From: Trypanosoma brucei
Lineage: Eukaryota
Direction of reading: 5' to 3'
Length of the DNA: 64,000 bases
Assembly (NCBI GenBank): GCA_000002445.1
Contig: CH464491.1
Span: 2,720,001 to 2,784,000, forward strand
The stretch's first letter is position 1. Each line of letters opens with the position of its first letter. The notes beneath the pieces were generated by a model that had not been told where the DNA came from, did not search any database, and saw only the letters and a program-made list of their open reading frames with translations. Position numbers and translations under genes: made by a program. Positions 9,942 through 18,970 of the stretch are shown here, piece after piece.

Positions 9942-10922
9942 GTGTGTGGCAAAAGGAATATTAAGTTTTTAACTGCATACCTATTTTGTATGTCTGCCGG
10001 TAGTGCCGCGTCCCATCCGGTGGCGAGCCATGCTGGAAACAGTCGCAGCGGTAGTTTCACAATGTATCACTTTGCCTCCTTCGCCGCTATGGAGGTCACA
10101 GTGACGATTGTGCCTCGTTTCACCATGCCACGCATTTCAACTGCATTTGGTGGTCGCTACGGGCCCTTTACACCCAACTTCCCCACCGATGTGCCGCTGT
10201 GGCTTGCGCTCCACATCCGACAGACGGACACTTGCACTATTCAACCGCCACCGTACGTCGCTTTGCCGCATCTTCGCCAGGTGCTGGAGAGAGAGAAGGA
10301 AAATGAAACAACATTCGAAGCACTTCCCTTCTACTTCTTCGAGGTGGTTAAGAAGTTGTGCGAAGTCAGTGCCGCTGCGGAAGATGTTCCACACGTAGCG
10401 GAGGTAGTGCGGCTCGTTGATGAAGTGCGTGCAGTGCGGAGACGGAAACTCCAACAGAGCATGTCAGTGTTTGAAGCGGAGGGATCACCCGTGTTTATAC
10501 CCGGCATTAAGCTATCAAATATCGTGAACCACGAACTTCAATACTTGCGCACGTCCTTTGCAATAGTGCTACAGCAGTCTGCAGATATGAAGCAGAGACG
10601 AGAGCAAGACATTGGTGGACCCATAGAAAGCGTCCCAACACCCATCCGAACAAGTGGGACGGCGCTGTCGTATACGCCCCTGTCAACAGCCGCTGCAGCC
10701 GAGGGGCGTTTGTTGGATTACGCAGCAACGAGGAGTAGCGATACACACGACTCTCTGTCAACCTCAGCAGCAGCGGAGCAGGCAATATTCACCCCTGAAA
10801 ACACTTTCACAACCGACGGTACCCCGTCGGTTGCTGATGCGACGGAAACGGGAACGGCGAGCATGTCAGAGGAGATTTCAGGACCACCAGTGAAGAAGCG
10901 GCGGACGCTAAGACAGACGTAA
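9942..10922 (+). CDS. PSF2: GINS complex subunit Psf2, with an N-terminal uncertainty (alternative starts at 10062 and 10089) and a long S/T-rich C-terminal extension
   Basis: The core VTIVPRFTMPRISTAFGGRYGPFTPNFPTDVPLWLALHIRQTDTCTIQPPPYVALPHLRQVLEREKENETTFEALPFYFFEVVKKLCEVSAAAEDVPHVAEVVRLVDEVRAVRRRKL follows the Psf2 consensus (IVPNF...GPF.P...VPLWLA..LKQ...C.I.PP.W...L......E.....F..LP.HY.E...LL......I......R.L..D....R..K). It ends with a KKRR basic tail. Confidence 0.7.
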   Translation: MCGKRNIKFLTAYLFCMSAGSAASHPVASHAGNSRSGSFTMYHFASFAAMEVTVTIVPRFTMPRISTAFGGRYGPFTPNFPTDVPLWLALHIRQTDTCTIQPPPYVALPHLRQVLEREKENETTFEALPFYFFEVVKKLCEVSAAAEDVPHVAEVVRLVDEVRAVRRRKLQQSMSVFEAEGSPVFIPGIKLSNIVNHELQYLRTSFAIVLQQSADMKQRREQDIGGPIESVPTPIRTSGTALSYTPLSTAAAAEGRLLDYAATRSSDTHDSLSTSAAAEQAIFTPENTFTTDGTPSVADATETGTASMSEEISGPPVKKRRTLRQT

Positions 10923-11567
10923 ATATTGGCGACGATCGATAATATGGGAAACAGTTGCAATGGCTTAACCCCAAAAAGCGAAACAAACCGAAAATGATGA
11001 AAGCAGGGTCATGTTTTATTAATGGTCGTTGGATTCTCGGGCCCACCTGAGTGTACACGATTGCGCGGGAACTTCTTTTGGATTTGTGAGAGGCGGATAA
11101 ATTGTCCGAATACCCAGCGCTAACACGGCTATATCTTCCTCTTAGAGTAGTTCTACTGCGGCACCACTGCTCTGATATTTATGTTTCTCTACTTACTTTT
11201 TGCTGTTACTCGACCTCCCCATTTTCACTTGTTTGTGAGTAACCACAACAGGGCAATAGCTTCACAAGATGCAATTGCAGACGATTGGCGGACGTTTCTT
11301 GCATCAAATCGTCAAAAATCCAGCACAGCAGGTGTACAGTTTTTGACAAAGGCTTGTGTATTCTCCTACAACCCCTCGCATAACATCTGACTGTGCAACC
11401 GCGGTTGTAAGCAACGTGGCTCTGTATCACCTTTCCGCCTATAATTAGGTGTTAACAAAAGTTCTCAGTGCTCCTTTGAGGCAAAAGCGAGAGGCAACAG
11501 TTGAAGGGGGAAGGTATATGGAACCTTCGGACGTGTGATTCTTGAGGTATCAGTTGTGGCTAACCGC

Positions 11568-11660
11568 ATCCTTCTTTCTTTTCTTCTTTTGTTGCTGTTT
11601 CGGTCAACACCAAAGTTGTTTTTTATTTTTTTTTCTGCACTGTTCGGTGAACGGTATTTT
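11568..11660 (+). promoter_or_regulatory. Polypyrimidine tract with a downstream AG. Candidate trans-splicing (SL-addition) signal for the arrestin-domain gene, coupled to polyadenylation of the upstream gene.
   Basis: ccttctttcttttcttcttttgttgctgtttcgg...ttgttttttatttttttttctgcactgttcgg lies about 100-180 nt upstream of the ATG at 11749. In kinetoplastids such tracts direct SL trans-splicing. Confidence 0.5.
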
Positions 11661-11748
11661 GTTAAACTTTAGGAGTGACGGAAGAAAAAAAGTATTTGCA
11701 TTTGTTAAGGAGGGAAGGGAAAGACAAAACACGAAAAAGGTAAAGGTA

Positions 11749-13707
11749 ATGAAGACTCATCGTGCCGCTAAGCATGTAACAGCGCATCGTATACTGTTGG
11801 AGCGGTTATCTTTACAACCCGGTGAGGTGCTCAGAGGAATTGTAGAGGTTTGGGTGGATGCACCGCTGGGATATTCGGTACTGGAGGTTGTGCTGCTTGG
11901 TCAGGAGTTTACGCGTCTGAAGAGCTCCTTCGGAAAAATCCTTGGCAAAGATGCTGCCAAAGCCACATATTACAGGCAGCGCGTCGTCGTAGCGGGATGT
12001 CCCGGCGAGAATTCGCAGGTATCCGTTGTTTCGGAAGGTGGCGGGAATCCGGAGGGTGCCAATAGCGATGAGTGGAGTGACTTCAATCGATCACCGTCGG
12101 TAAGTGATGTGGAATTAGCGGGTATTCAATCGTCAGGACTGATGCCCGGAACCTACACATTTCCCTTCAAAGTGAGGCTCCCCTCCGCACTACCGCCTAC
12201 TCATGAGTACCATATACGAGGAAGTGCTTCAAGGCTGAAATACACTGTAACATCGACGCTGCTCTCGAGAGGCCGTCTGCTCTCAACAACCGATGCACCA
12301 TTCAGTGTTAAGGCACTCCCGCTGGATGAGTCCCGTTGGATGAATGCGTACTTAAAAACCGTTCCAATGTTTGATGGAAACGTTCTTCTTGTCAGTGACG
12401 CTGCCTCTGGGACCGAAGAAGACCGGTGGGCATCTTTGAGCGGGCTTCAAGGGACTAACTGCATTTGCATGAATCACAACATGCCGCTTTACGCACCCAA
12501 CGAATGTAGTGGCTCCAGTGATTCCGTGACCGATGCCGGTGGGCTCTTAACGACTACCCCGTTCGGTGCACCGCACCCTGCGTCGATGGATCCATTAAGG
12601 TCTCAGCTGGTAAAACCTTCAGTGAATAACTGGTTGGATGGTGCCAGCGGCGTCAACACCAATGAGGATGCAACCGAGGACCAGAAGAGTGGGCATGGCA
12701 CTGAGGACGCACTACAACCGCGGGCATCTGCGAATGAGTCGGAACAAGGGATGAGTGTTTTTCAACAAGCTGATTCTTGTTCTGGTAATAAAAGGGGGAC
12801 TCATCGTGGTGGTGACGATTCGAAGGGCGGTGGTCAAGCAGCAGCTCCTGGAGCCAGCGATGCTCAGAATAATGTTGATGCCGCCGCGTGCCTCAATCAA
12901 CTCGTGCAGCGTGTCCGTCAAGATGCGAGGTGGGAACATCGTCTAGAGGTACCAATTGAAGGGCTATTTGGCAGGGGAAGTGTTACCATCACGCTATCTT
13001 TCGGGCGTGTGGTATTTACCGGGGGCACAACTGTCCGTTTCCATGGGTTAGTTGACAACGAACGGGGATTATCTAATGTTTTGATGATTAATTTTTCTCT
13101 TGTTACCCATTATCAAATGAACTCACTCATAGAAACCCGTCATACCAGAAATGTTATTTCGGAGTGTTCACTGCGCCAGGTCGTTAAACGCGGGGAGGCG
13201 GCTCGCATACCTCTCTGTACGCTAGAGGTGCCCCAAAACACTTCACCGACTGCTGTAACGTCGAACTGCAGCTGCCGTACGTTTCTTGATGTTGAAGTTT
13301 TCTCTATGCATGGCCCCGGCACGCGGTCCGGATCGGCAAGAACGGAGCTGTTGGTTGTGGACTCGCTCGCTCGTGACGAAAAATCTTCCGACCGAAAAGG
13401 GAGATGGTCAAACTATTTTCAATGTTATGACCCTTTAAGGGGACAAAGTCGTATAGACATTGTTTCATCGTATGTGCTAAGTGGAAAGATAAATGTCATC
13501 AAGAAGGATGCGTGTAACGGTAATGGGGAGCTACTGCAACCGCCAGAGAAACCCAGTCGTTACTGCAAAACGTGGAAACACACTTTCCGCCCCCAACTTG
13601 ACTTTGTGAATGCAACGTATTATCCGGACGAGTCCAGCGGTCACAACTCCCGGGGCATCAACCCCCTCCAGAGCCTTTACTACACAGAAGGTTCATTAAC
13701 TGAGTAG
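11749..13707 (+). CDS. Arrestin-domain-containing protein. The ORF-track start at 11542 is a read-through of the upstream polypyrimidine tract; the real start is taken as the ATG at 11749.
   Basis: The N-terminal region LQPGEVLRGIVEVWVDAPLGYSVLEVVLLGQEF...GTYTFPFKVRLPSALPPTHEYHIRGSASRLKYTVTSTL matches the arrestin-N beta-sandwich pattern (bounded-length clip, then FxFxLPxxLPxS...YxL). A second beta-rich region (GSVTITLSFGRVVFTGGTTVRFHGLVDNE) looks like the arrestin-C lobe. Confidence 0.6.
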   Translation: MKTHRAAKHVTAHRILLERLSLQPGEVLRGIVEVWVDAPLGYSVLEVVLLGQEFTRLKSSFGKILGKDAAKATYYRQRVVVAGCPGENSQVSVVSEGGGNPEGANSDEWSDFNRSPSVSDVELAGIQSSGLMPGTYTFPFKVRLPSALPPTHEYHIRGSASRLKYTVTSTLLSRGRLLSTTDAPFSVKALPLDESRWMNAYLKTVPMFDGNVLLVSDAASGTEEDRWASLSGLQGTNCICMNHNMPLYAPNECSGSSDSVTDAGGLLTTTPFGAPHPASMDPLRSQLVKPSVNNWLDGASGVNTNEDATEDQKSGHGTEDALQPRASANESEQGMSVFQQADSCSGNKRGTHRGGDDSKGGGQAAAPGASDAQNNVDAAACLNQLVQRVRQDARWEHRLEVPIEGLFGRGSVTITLSFGRVVFTGGTTVRFHGLVDNERGLSNVLMINFSLVTHYQMNSLIETRHTRNVISECSLRQVVKRGEAARIPLCTLEVPQNTSPTAVTSNCSCRTFLDVEVFSMHGPGTRSGSARTELLVVDSLARDEKSSDRKGRWSNYFQCYDPLRGQSRIDIVSSYVLSGKINVIKKDACNGNGELLQPPEKPSRYCKTWKHTFRPQLDFVNATYYPDESSGHNSRGINPLQSLYYTEGSLTE

Positions 13708-15522
13708 GTTGGTTCCACGTGTATCGTTTCGGATTTATAGCAAGTCCGACTCCGCTTTGCTAATTTAACTTTCCATTTTATTTGGTTCCATTCATTTTGC
13801 CTCTTACTTGTGTGGACGTTTACCCATTTCTTCTGCGATTCTGCGTGTTAGCAGATAGCCACCCCCACTCTCAATTTTTAGTTGGGGTTAGAAAAGCGTA
13901 ACGACATGTTGTTTGCCTCACATTCTTTTGAGGAAAAAAAAGGGAAAGGAGTCGGTGGAGGGCGCGTGCACGTTTTTTTTTTTTTACCAATGTGTCAACA
14001 CTGTGGGAGGAAATGGGGATTTCGGATATGAGAAAGAGTTGCAGGGGGCGGGGTCTCTTTTCTTTATGCATATCTTTAGTTGGTTACCCCCTTCTTTTAG
14101 TGACCGTGGCTTTCTTCTTTCTTCCCCGGCGTAGATGCGTTTGGTGGGTTCCTTCCCTATTTTGTAAATGTGACAAGATACACGTCGCTCCCCTCCTCTC
14201 CATGTTTTTTCTTTTTCTTTTGTGTGTAGTTGTCACTACCGCACCTTCGTGCACTGTTGGTATTATTGGTACCGCTACCTAAAGGTTAAAACCTCTGGGT
14301 TTAACCTTTTGACTTTATTTTCGATTTGTTTTTATTTTATCATCTCCTTCTTCTCATCAACGTTAATATGTATAAGAACAAAAGTACACGCATACGTTAA
14401 TATATATATATATATTAATGTGTTATACCTTACATGGGCCTATAATCGTACCTCTATTCTTTGTGTTTTTTTTCCTCTTGTTACCCTCTCCCTTCTTGCC
14501 TTTTGGCTTTTGTATTACTAGAGTGCCATAGCTTTTTTTTGTTTCCTGTATTTTTTTATTTTTCAATTGATATGCTGGTTTTCAAACGGGGGAGTCCTCC
14601 CTCCTCGGTTCTTTAACCACATCTCAAGCATAGTTGCTGAGTTCTATGTTATCCTCGGGAACTTAGCGTTTCTGGTGTTTTTAATTTAAATTAATTTTTT
14701 TTTACTTTAAAGACCCTTGCAGCGGCACCATTCTTGCCTGTGTTATTCCTTTCGTCTCTTCATATTCTCTGCTGTATGCTTCTGTTGGGGGAGTCTTTGG
14801 CGAGGTGTGTGAGAGGAAAAAAAAATGTGATCATGTGAGTGATAACACGGAGAGTTTCTATTATTCACTGTCAGAGAGGAGTTGAAGTGAAAGAATGCCG
14901 CTGTTGGGACCAATTTGTCCCTTTTGTTTTCTTTTATCCTTATCTGTTCCCCCTTTTTTGTTTCATTTGCGTGTCGTTATTGTGAAAATGGCAGAGGGAA
15001 GTGAATGTGACATGTTTTCTTCCCTTTCCCTCCTGACGTGTCTCCTACGTTCGATACATATACAAATATGTTTGTATATATATATATATATATATATTTG
15101 GTCCGTCCATATCTGCTCCTTCCTTCGTGTGGGGATGGTGAGAGGTAAGGGAAAGAGGCAATGGCGGTGGTTACAAGTGATTTACTTATTTAACTATTTT
15201 ATGTGAGCGTGTTTCCCGTCTAGTAACTATGTGGTGTACGGTAGAGGGAGAGGAGACCTGGTTTATGCGAAAACAGTGTGGGAAGGGTATTGAAGTGTCA
15301 TTAAATACGGCTACTTGTTTGGCTTCTCCTCGTAGGAAGATGCGCTTGTTGGTTGTGCTTCGCATCCACACGTTTTCTGCTCCCCTCTGCATGCGTACTT
15401 TTGATCCTGTTGCACCAAATAAAAAAAAGGAAGGAAGGAAGGAAGAAACCACTAAGAAAGCCGAAAGGATCGTGCGGGTGCGGTTAGTTGCGCCAAAGGA
15501 AGGGATATTTGCGTGGCGTTTG

Positions 15523-15575
15523 CGGTCTCTTTTATTTGGTTTCGTCTCCGTTATCCCTTTTTTACCTTGCGGGGC
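15523..15575 (+). promoter_or_regulatory. Polypyrimidine tract, a candidate trans-splicing signal for the WD40/UTP21-like gene
   Basis: tctcttttatttggtttcgtctccgttatcccttttttaccttgcgg lies about 110 nt upstream of the ATG at 15683. Confidence 0.45.
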
Positions 15576-15682
15576 TAGTTGTTGGGGCCACTATTTCGAT
15601 ATTCCCCTCTCAGTGGATGGAGAGCTTCTCCCCATTTCGTGTGGTCGGAAGCGTATGTGGTGAGCTGCCAGTCAGTAGCACA

Positions 15683-18544
15683 ATGTTATACGGCGCACCG
15701 CAGTTGATGGTTGCCACAGGACGCACATTTCAGTTGTTTCGGGGGAAAGAACTTACAATGCTTCGCGGTGGGCCGCACTTTGAGAAGAGGGTGAGGGCTG
15801 TAACACAGGCAGGGAAGTATCGTTTTGTTGCCGAAGGGCCTCGGATTCATGCATTTGTGCATCACAAGCCGCTCTGGAACTGCATGCACAACGACGTTAC
15901 GCAGAGCAGAGTGGATCACATTCTTGCTGTGGATGATATTCTTTTCTGTGTGGGTAACGATAAACGCGTAGTGGTACGGGAGATAAAGAGCGGGAACATG
16001 CTCACAGAGTTTCTTGTTGATGGTAGTGAGGAGACACGCGCGATGATTACCCCTGCCGGATACAACAACAAACTTCTTTTGGCGACTGCACAGGGATCAC
16101 TGCAGTTATACAATTTCAAAAGCGGTGTCTGCCTGTGGCGCGAAAAGCGAGAGCCTGGTGCGCAGATCACGGCTCTAGCGGCAAGTAACTTCAAGGACAT
16201 CATCGCATATGGCACAAGCAACGGCCGTGTAGTTGTTCTCAACATGGCTACTAACGAGGATATCATGTCATTTGACCAGGAGGAGAGAGGTGCCGTGACT
16301 GCGCTGGCGTTCCGAACCGACAAGGATGTCCTCGTCGCCGGGTCTAGCTCCGGCGAGGTGGCGATGTGGGACCTTGAAAATGGCTGCCTTGACGGTCTTC
16401 TGACGCGTGGCAAGCAAGTGAAAACTGAGACGGAGGTGCTGGAGTCCCCACACACCAATACCGTTCACTCCATAGTTGTTCTGCCAACAGAAACTGCCAC
16501 CATTGTTACAGCTGGAGCTGACAATGCATTGATGCAGTTTAGGTTTGACACTGTAGACGGTCTTGGCGTGCTGGTGCGTGAGCGTCGGGGTCATATGGGG
16601 AGCTGCACAGAGGCTAAGTTTTATAACAGCGACTTGCTGCTGACTGCCGGTACCGATCGTTCGCTCCGTGTGACGCACCTATTTTCCGATCGTGCGTCAT
16701 GGGAATTGTCTCAGGGCCAGTTGGGCCGACGGGGGCGCGAGAAGCAGATGGGACGTGAGGCGATGAAGATGCCACCTGCTGTTGCTATTGCCAGCTGCAC
16801 TGCAAGGAACTACCAGTGGGCGAGCATTGTTTCTATTCATGAATCTTCGTCAAAGATGTGCGGCTGGCGCATGGACACTCGTTCTCTAGATTGTAAGCTG
16901 AGCGGTATTAAGACGTCGATGCACATCGCACGTGCCGTCGCCATGAGCGACTGCGGGAACTTTGCTGTTATCGGGTACTCGAGCGGTGATGTATCTGTTG
17001 TCAGTATTCAGAACAAAGGCGTACGGCAGTTGCTTGACTCCTCACTGAAGCCGGACGACCGGGCACACTGTGGTTCAGTGGAGTGCGTTGAGGTGGCCTG
17101 TGGAAACAACATTGTTGTAACTGCAGGTCTTGACTCGATGATTAAGTTGTGGAGTCTCTTCACCTGTCGCCTCCGCACCGTCGTGAAGACTGATTGTCCT
17201 TTGCATAAGTCATGTATTCATCAACCGTCGTCTCTCTTTATTGCCGCGCAGCACTTCTCCATTCGTGTATACCACTGCAACCCCGACATTGGGCTTACAA
17301 CCCAAGAGTTGCGCGTGCCCGTACGAACGTTCAGCGGCCACACCAGCCCCATTACAGCCCTAGCCCTTGCGCCAGACTCGTATCGTTACGTAGTGTCGGC
17401 ATCTGGCGATGCAGCACTACTTGTTTGGGATCTTGCCTCCTCTGCCTGTGTCGGGCAGTACCGCCTAGCTTCTCCGGCCATCTCACTTGCCTTCCACCCA
17501 GATGCTCTATTTATGGTCTCTACGCATGCCGGTGAGCGTGGTGCCTTCCTTTGGTCAAATAATTTGCGTTATGGCTTTGTTCCAGAGGTAATAACGGATC
17601 CGAGGGCGCGCAGCGTGGAGGAACTGCCACAGCTGCACTTTCCTACAGCTCATGGCGCCGCGGAGGATGCAGAGGATGATACTGTTGACAATGCTGTGAA
17701 GTGTGAGAAAGGGCTCCCGGGTTCAGGTAATGAAATCAAGGAGGAGGGTGAAAGCGATGGTAATGATGATGGAATGTTGGGCGACATAGCGGGTGCTGGT
17801 GGAAACGCTGAGCAGGAGGTAGAGCTTTTTGACGCCAAGAAGGATACTGCGTTAATGCAAATTGAGAGGGAAAAAGTAAAATGGGCTGAGCTTGATGAGA
17901 TTATTTCCGGTGGCATGCGCCTAGCTGGCGTGCCCCGCTCCATGTGGTTCGACCTTACCCTGTTGGAGCAGATAAGGGAAAAGAACCAACCGCTCCTTCC
18001 ACCCAAGAAGCGCGACGTTCCCTTCTTTCTACCAACCACGCAGGAATTGCGTCCCACGTTCCTTGTTGCAGCTTCAAACTCAAAAGATAAGGAAGCTCTT
18101 GTATCGCGGGTGGTGAATGCCCCGATAGCCCAGCTCACGCCGGTGCAGCAGATGCTTGTGCGGAACGAACATGATGCTTTTTTGTCGTACATCCTTTCCC
18201 TTGGTTCACCACAGGCTGTTGACTTGGAGATCAAGCGTGCGGTCGACTATGTGGAGGGTTGCTCTTACACGGAGAAGGAACTGGAGCGTATTAAGGACTG
18301 CCTGCATGGGCTGTTGTCATTTGTGGCGGAGTGGCTGAAGCGGCGCGAGAATGTCGATTTGGTACAGGGCATATTGGCTGCCGTCATTCATTCACACGGC
18401 CCACTGATAACAAAGTGTGGTGCCGAGTTAATTAATGTTCTTGAGGAGCTGGCAGAGTTACAGAACTCGATACGATATAGCGTAGATCACCTCATTGGGT
18501 ACCCAAGCTGTCTGGCAGGTACTTTTTCGGGGTCACATTTCTAA
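15683..18544 (+). CDS. WD40-repeat protein, probably UTP21/WDR36 (SSU processome). The ORF-track start at 15488 lies in the polypyrimidine tract; the start is taken as the ATG at 15683.
   Basis: About 12 WD-like repeats (GSSSGEVAMWDLENG, DNALMQFRF, DSMIKLWSL, DAALLVWDLAS and others), then an acidic linker. The C-terminal block with PFFLPT and DLEIKRAVD...KELERIKDCLHGLLSFVAEWLK resembles the Utp21 C-terminal domain. Confidence 0.6.
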   Translation: MLYGAPQLMVATGRTFQLFRGKELTMLRGGPHFEKRVRAVTQAGKYRFVAEGPRIHAFVHHKPLWNCMHNDVTQSRVDHILAVDDILFCVGNDKRVVVREIKSGNMLTEFLVDGSEETRAMITPAGYNNKLLLATAQGSLQLYNFKSGVCLWREKREPGAQITALAASNFKDIIAYGTSNGRVVVLNMATNEDIMSFDQEERGAVTALAFRTDKDVLVAGSSSGEVAMWDLENGCLDGLLTRGKQVKTETEVLESPHTNTVHSIVVLPTETATIVTAGADNALMQFRFDTVDGLGVLVRERRGHMGSCTEAKFYNSDLLLTAGTDRSLRVTHLFSDRASWELSQGQLGRRGREKQMGREAMKMPPAVAIASCTARNYQWASIVSIHESSSKMCGWRMDTRSLDCKLSGIKTSMHIARAVAMSDCGNFAVIGYSSGDVSVVSIQNKGVRQLLDSSLKPDDRAHCGSVECVEVACGNNIVVTAGLDSMIKLWSLFTCRLRTVVKTDCPLHKSCIHQPSSLFIAAQHFSIRVYHCNPDIGLTTQELRVPVRTFSGHTSPITALALAPDSYRYVVSASGDAALLVWDLASSACVGQYRLASPAISLAFHPDALFMVSTHAGERGAFLWSNNLRYGFVPEVITDPRARSVEELPQLHFPTAHGAAEDAEDDTVDNAVKCEKGLPGSGNEIKEEGESDGNDDGMLGDIAGAGGNAEQEVELFDAKKDTALMQIEREKVKWAELDEIISGGMRLAGVPRSMWFDLTLLEQIREKNQPLLPPKKRDVPFFLPTTQELRPTFLVAASNSKDKEALVSRVVNAPIAQLTPVQQMLVRNEHDAFLSYILSLGSPQAVDLEIKRAVDYVEGCSYTEKELERIKDCLHGLLSFVAEWLKRRENVDLVQGILAAVIHSHGPLITKCGAELINVLEELAELQNSIRYSVDHLIGYPSCLAGTFSGSHF

Positions 18545-18970
18545 CTGAGATGTACGCGCGCGGATTGTTGGCGGCGCCTGCAGTCTCAGCAACAAATGTG
18601 AAGGAGACTTTGCGGTTCGATGCGGCCACAACCAAACTGCGTCCCGACTCTTAATGCATCTAAACAATCGATATAAAGTAAGAAAAAATAAGTAAGCGAT
18701 AATGCCGGTTGCGAGTAAAAGAATAATCACACGCCGGTGTGTGAGTGGTGGGGGAAGTTCACAACAAACGAAGACAATGTTGGGATGCGTGTCTTTAGTT
18801 CATTAAGCGTTGACGATTGTGAAACACGCGCTTTTCTGCGAACTAGTGTTGTGTTTTCGTATGCATGTTCGGCCCTCTTTCCTTCAAGAACCAATTTTGT
18901 CACTACTGTTTTTTCTCTTTATCCATCCACACCAGAACTGCCCTTGGTATCCACCTGATTTTTTTTTTGT

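Noticed and set aside
11542-11748. N-terminal extension MRYQLWLTASFFLFFFCCCFGQ... of the arrestin ORF, and likewise 15488-15682 for the WD40 ORF
   Set aside because: These codons are a read-through of the polypyrimidine trans-splicing tract (poly-F/L/C translation). The first ATG downstream of the tract is the plausible initiator.
17650-18234. 194-aa minus-strand ORF, along with the similar minus-strand ORFs at 6879-7415, 15916-16458, 19786-20304, 27327-27758, 31404-31796, 42694-43110, 46529-47077 and 59989-60657
   Set aside because: All are antisense to, or overlap, well-supported + strand genes. They are S/R/P-rich and low-complexity. There is no strand-switch architecture to accommodate minus-strand genes in this directional array.
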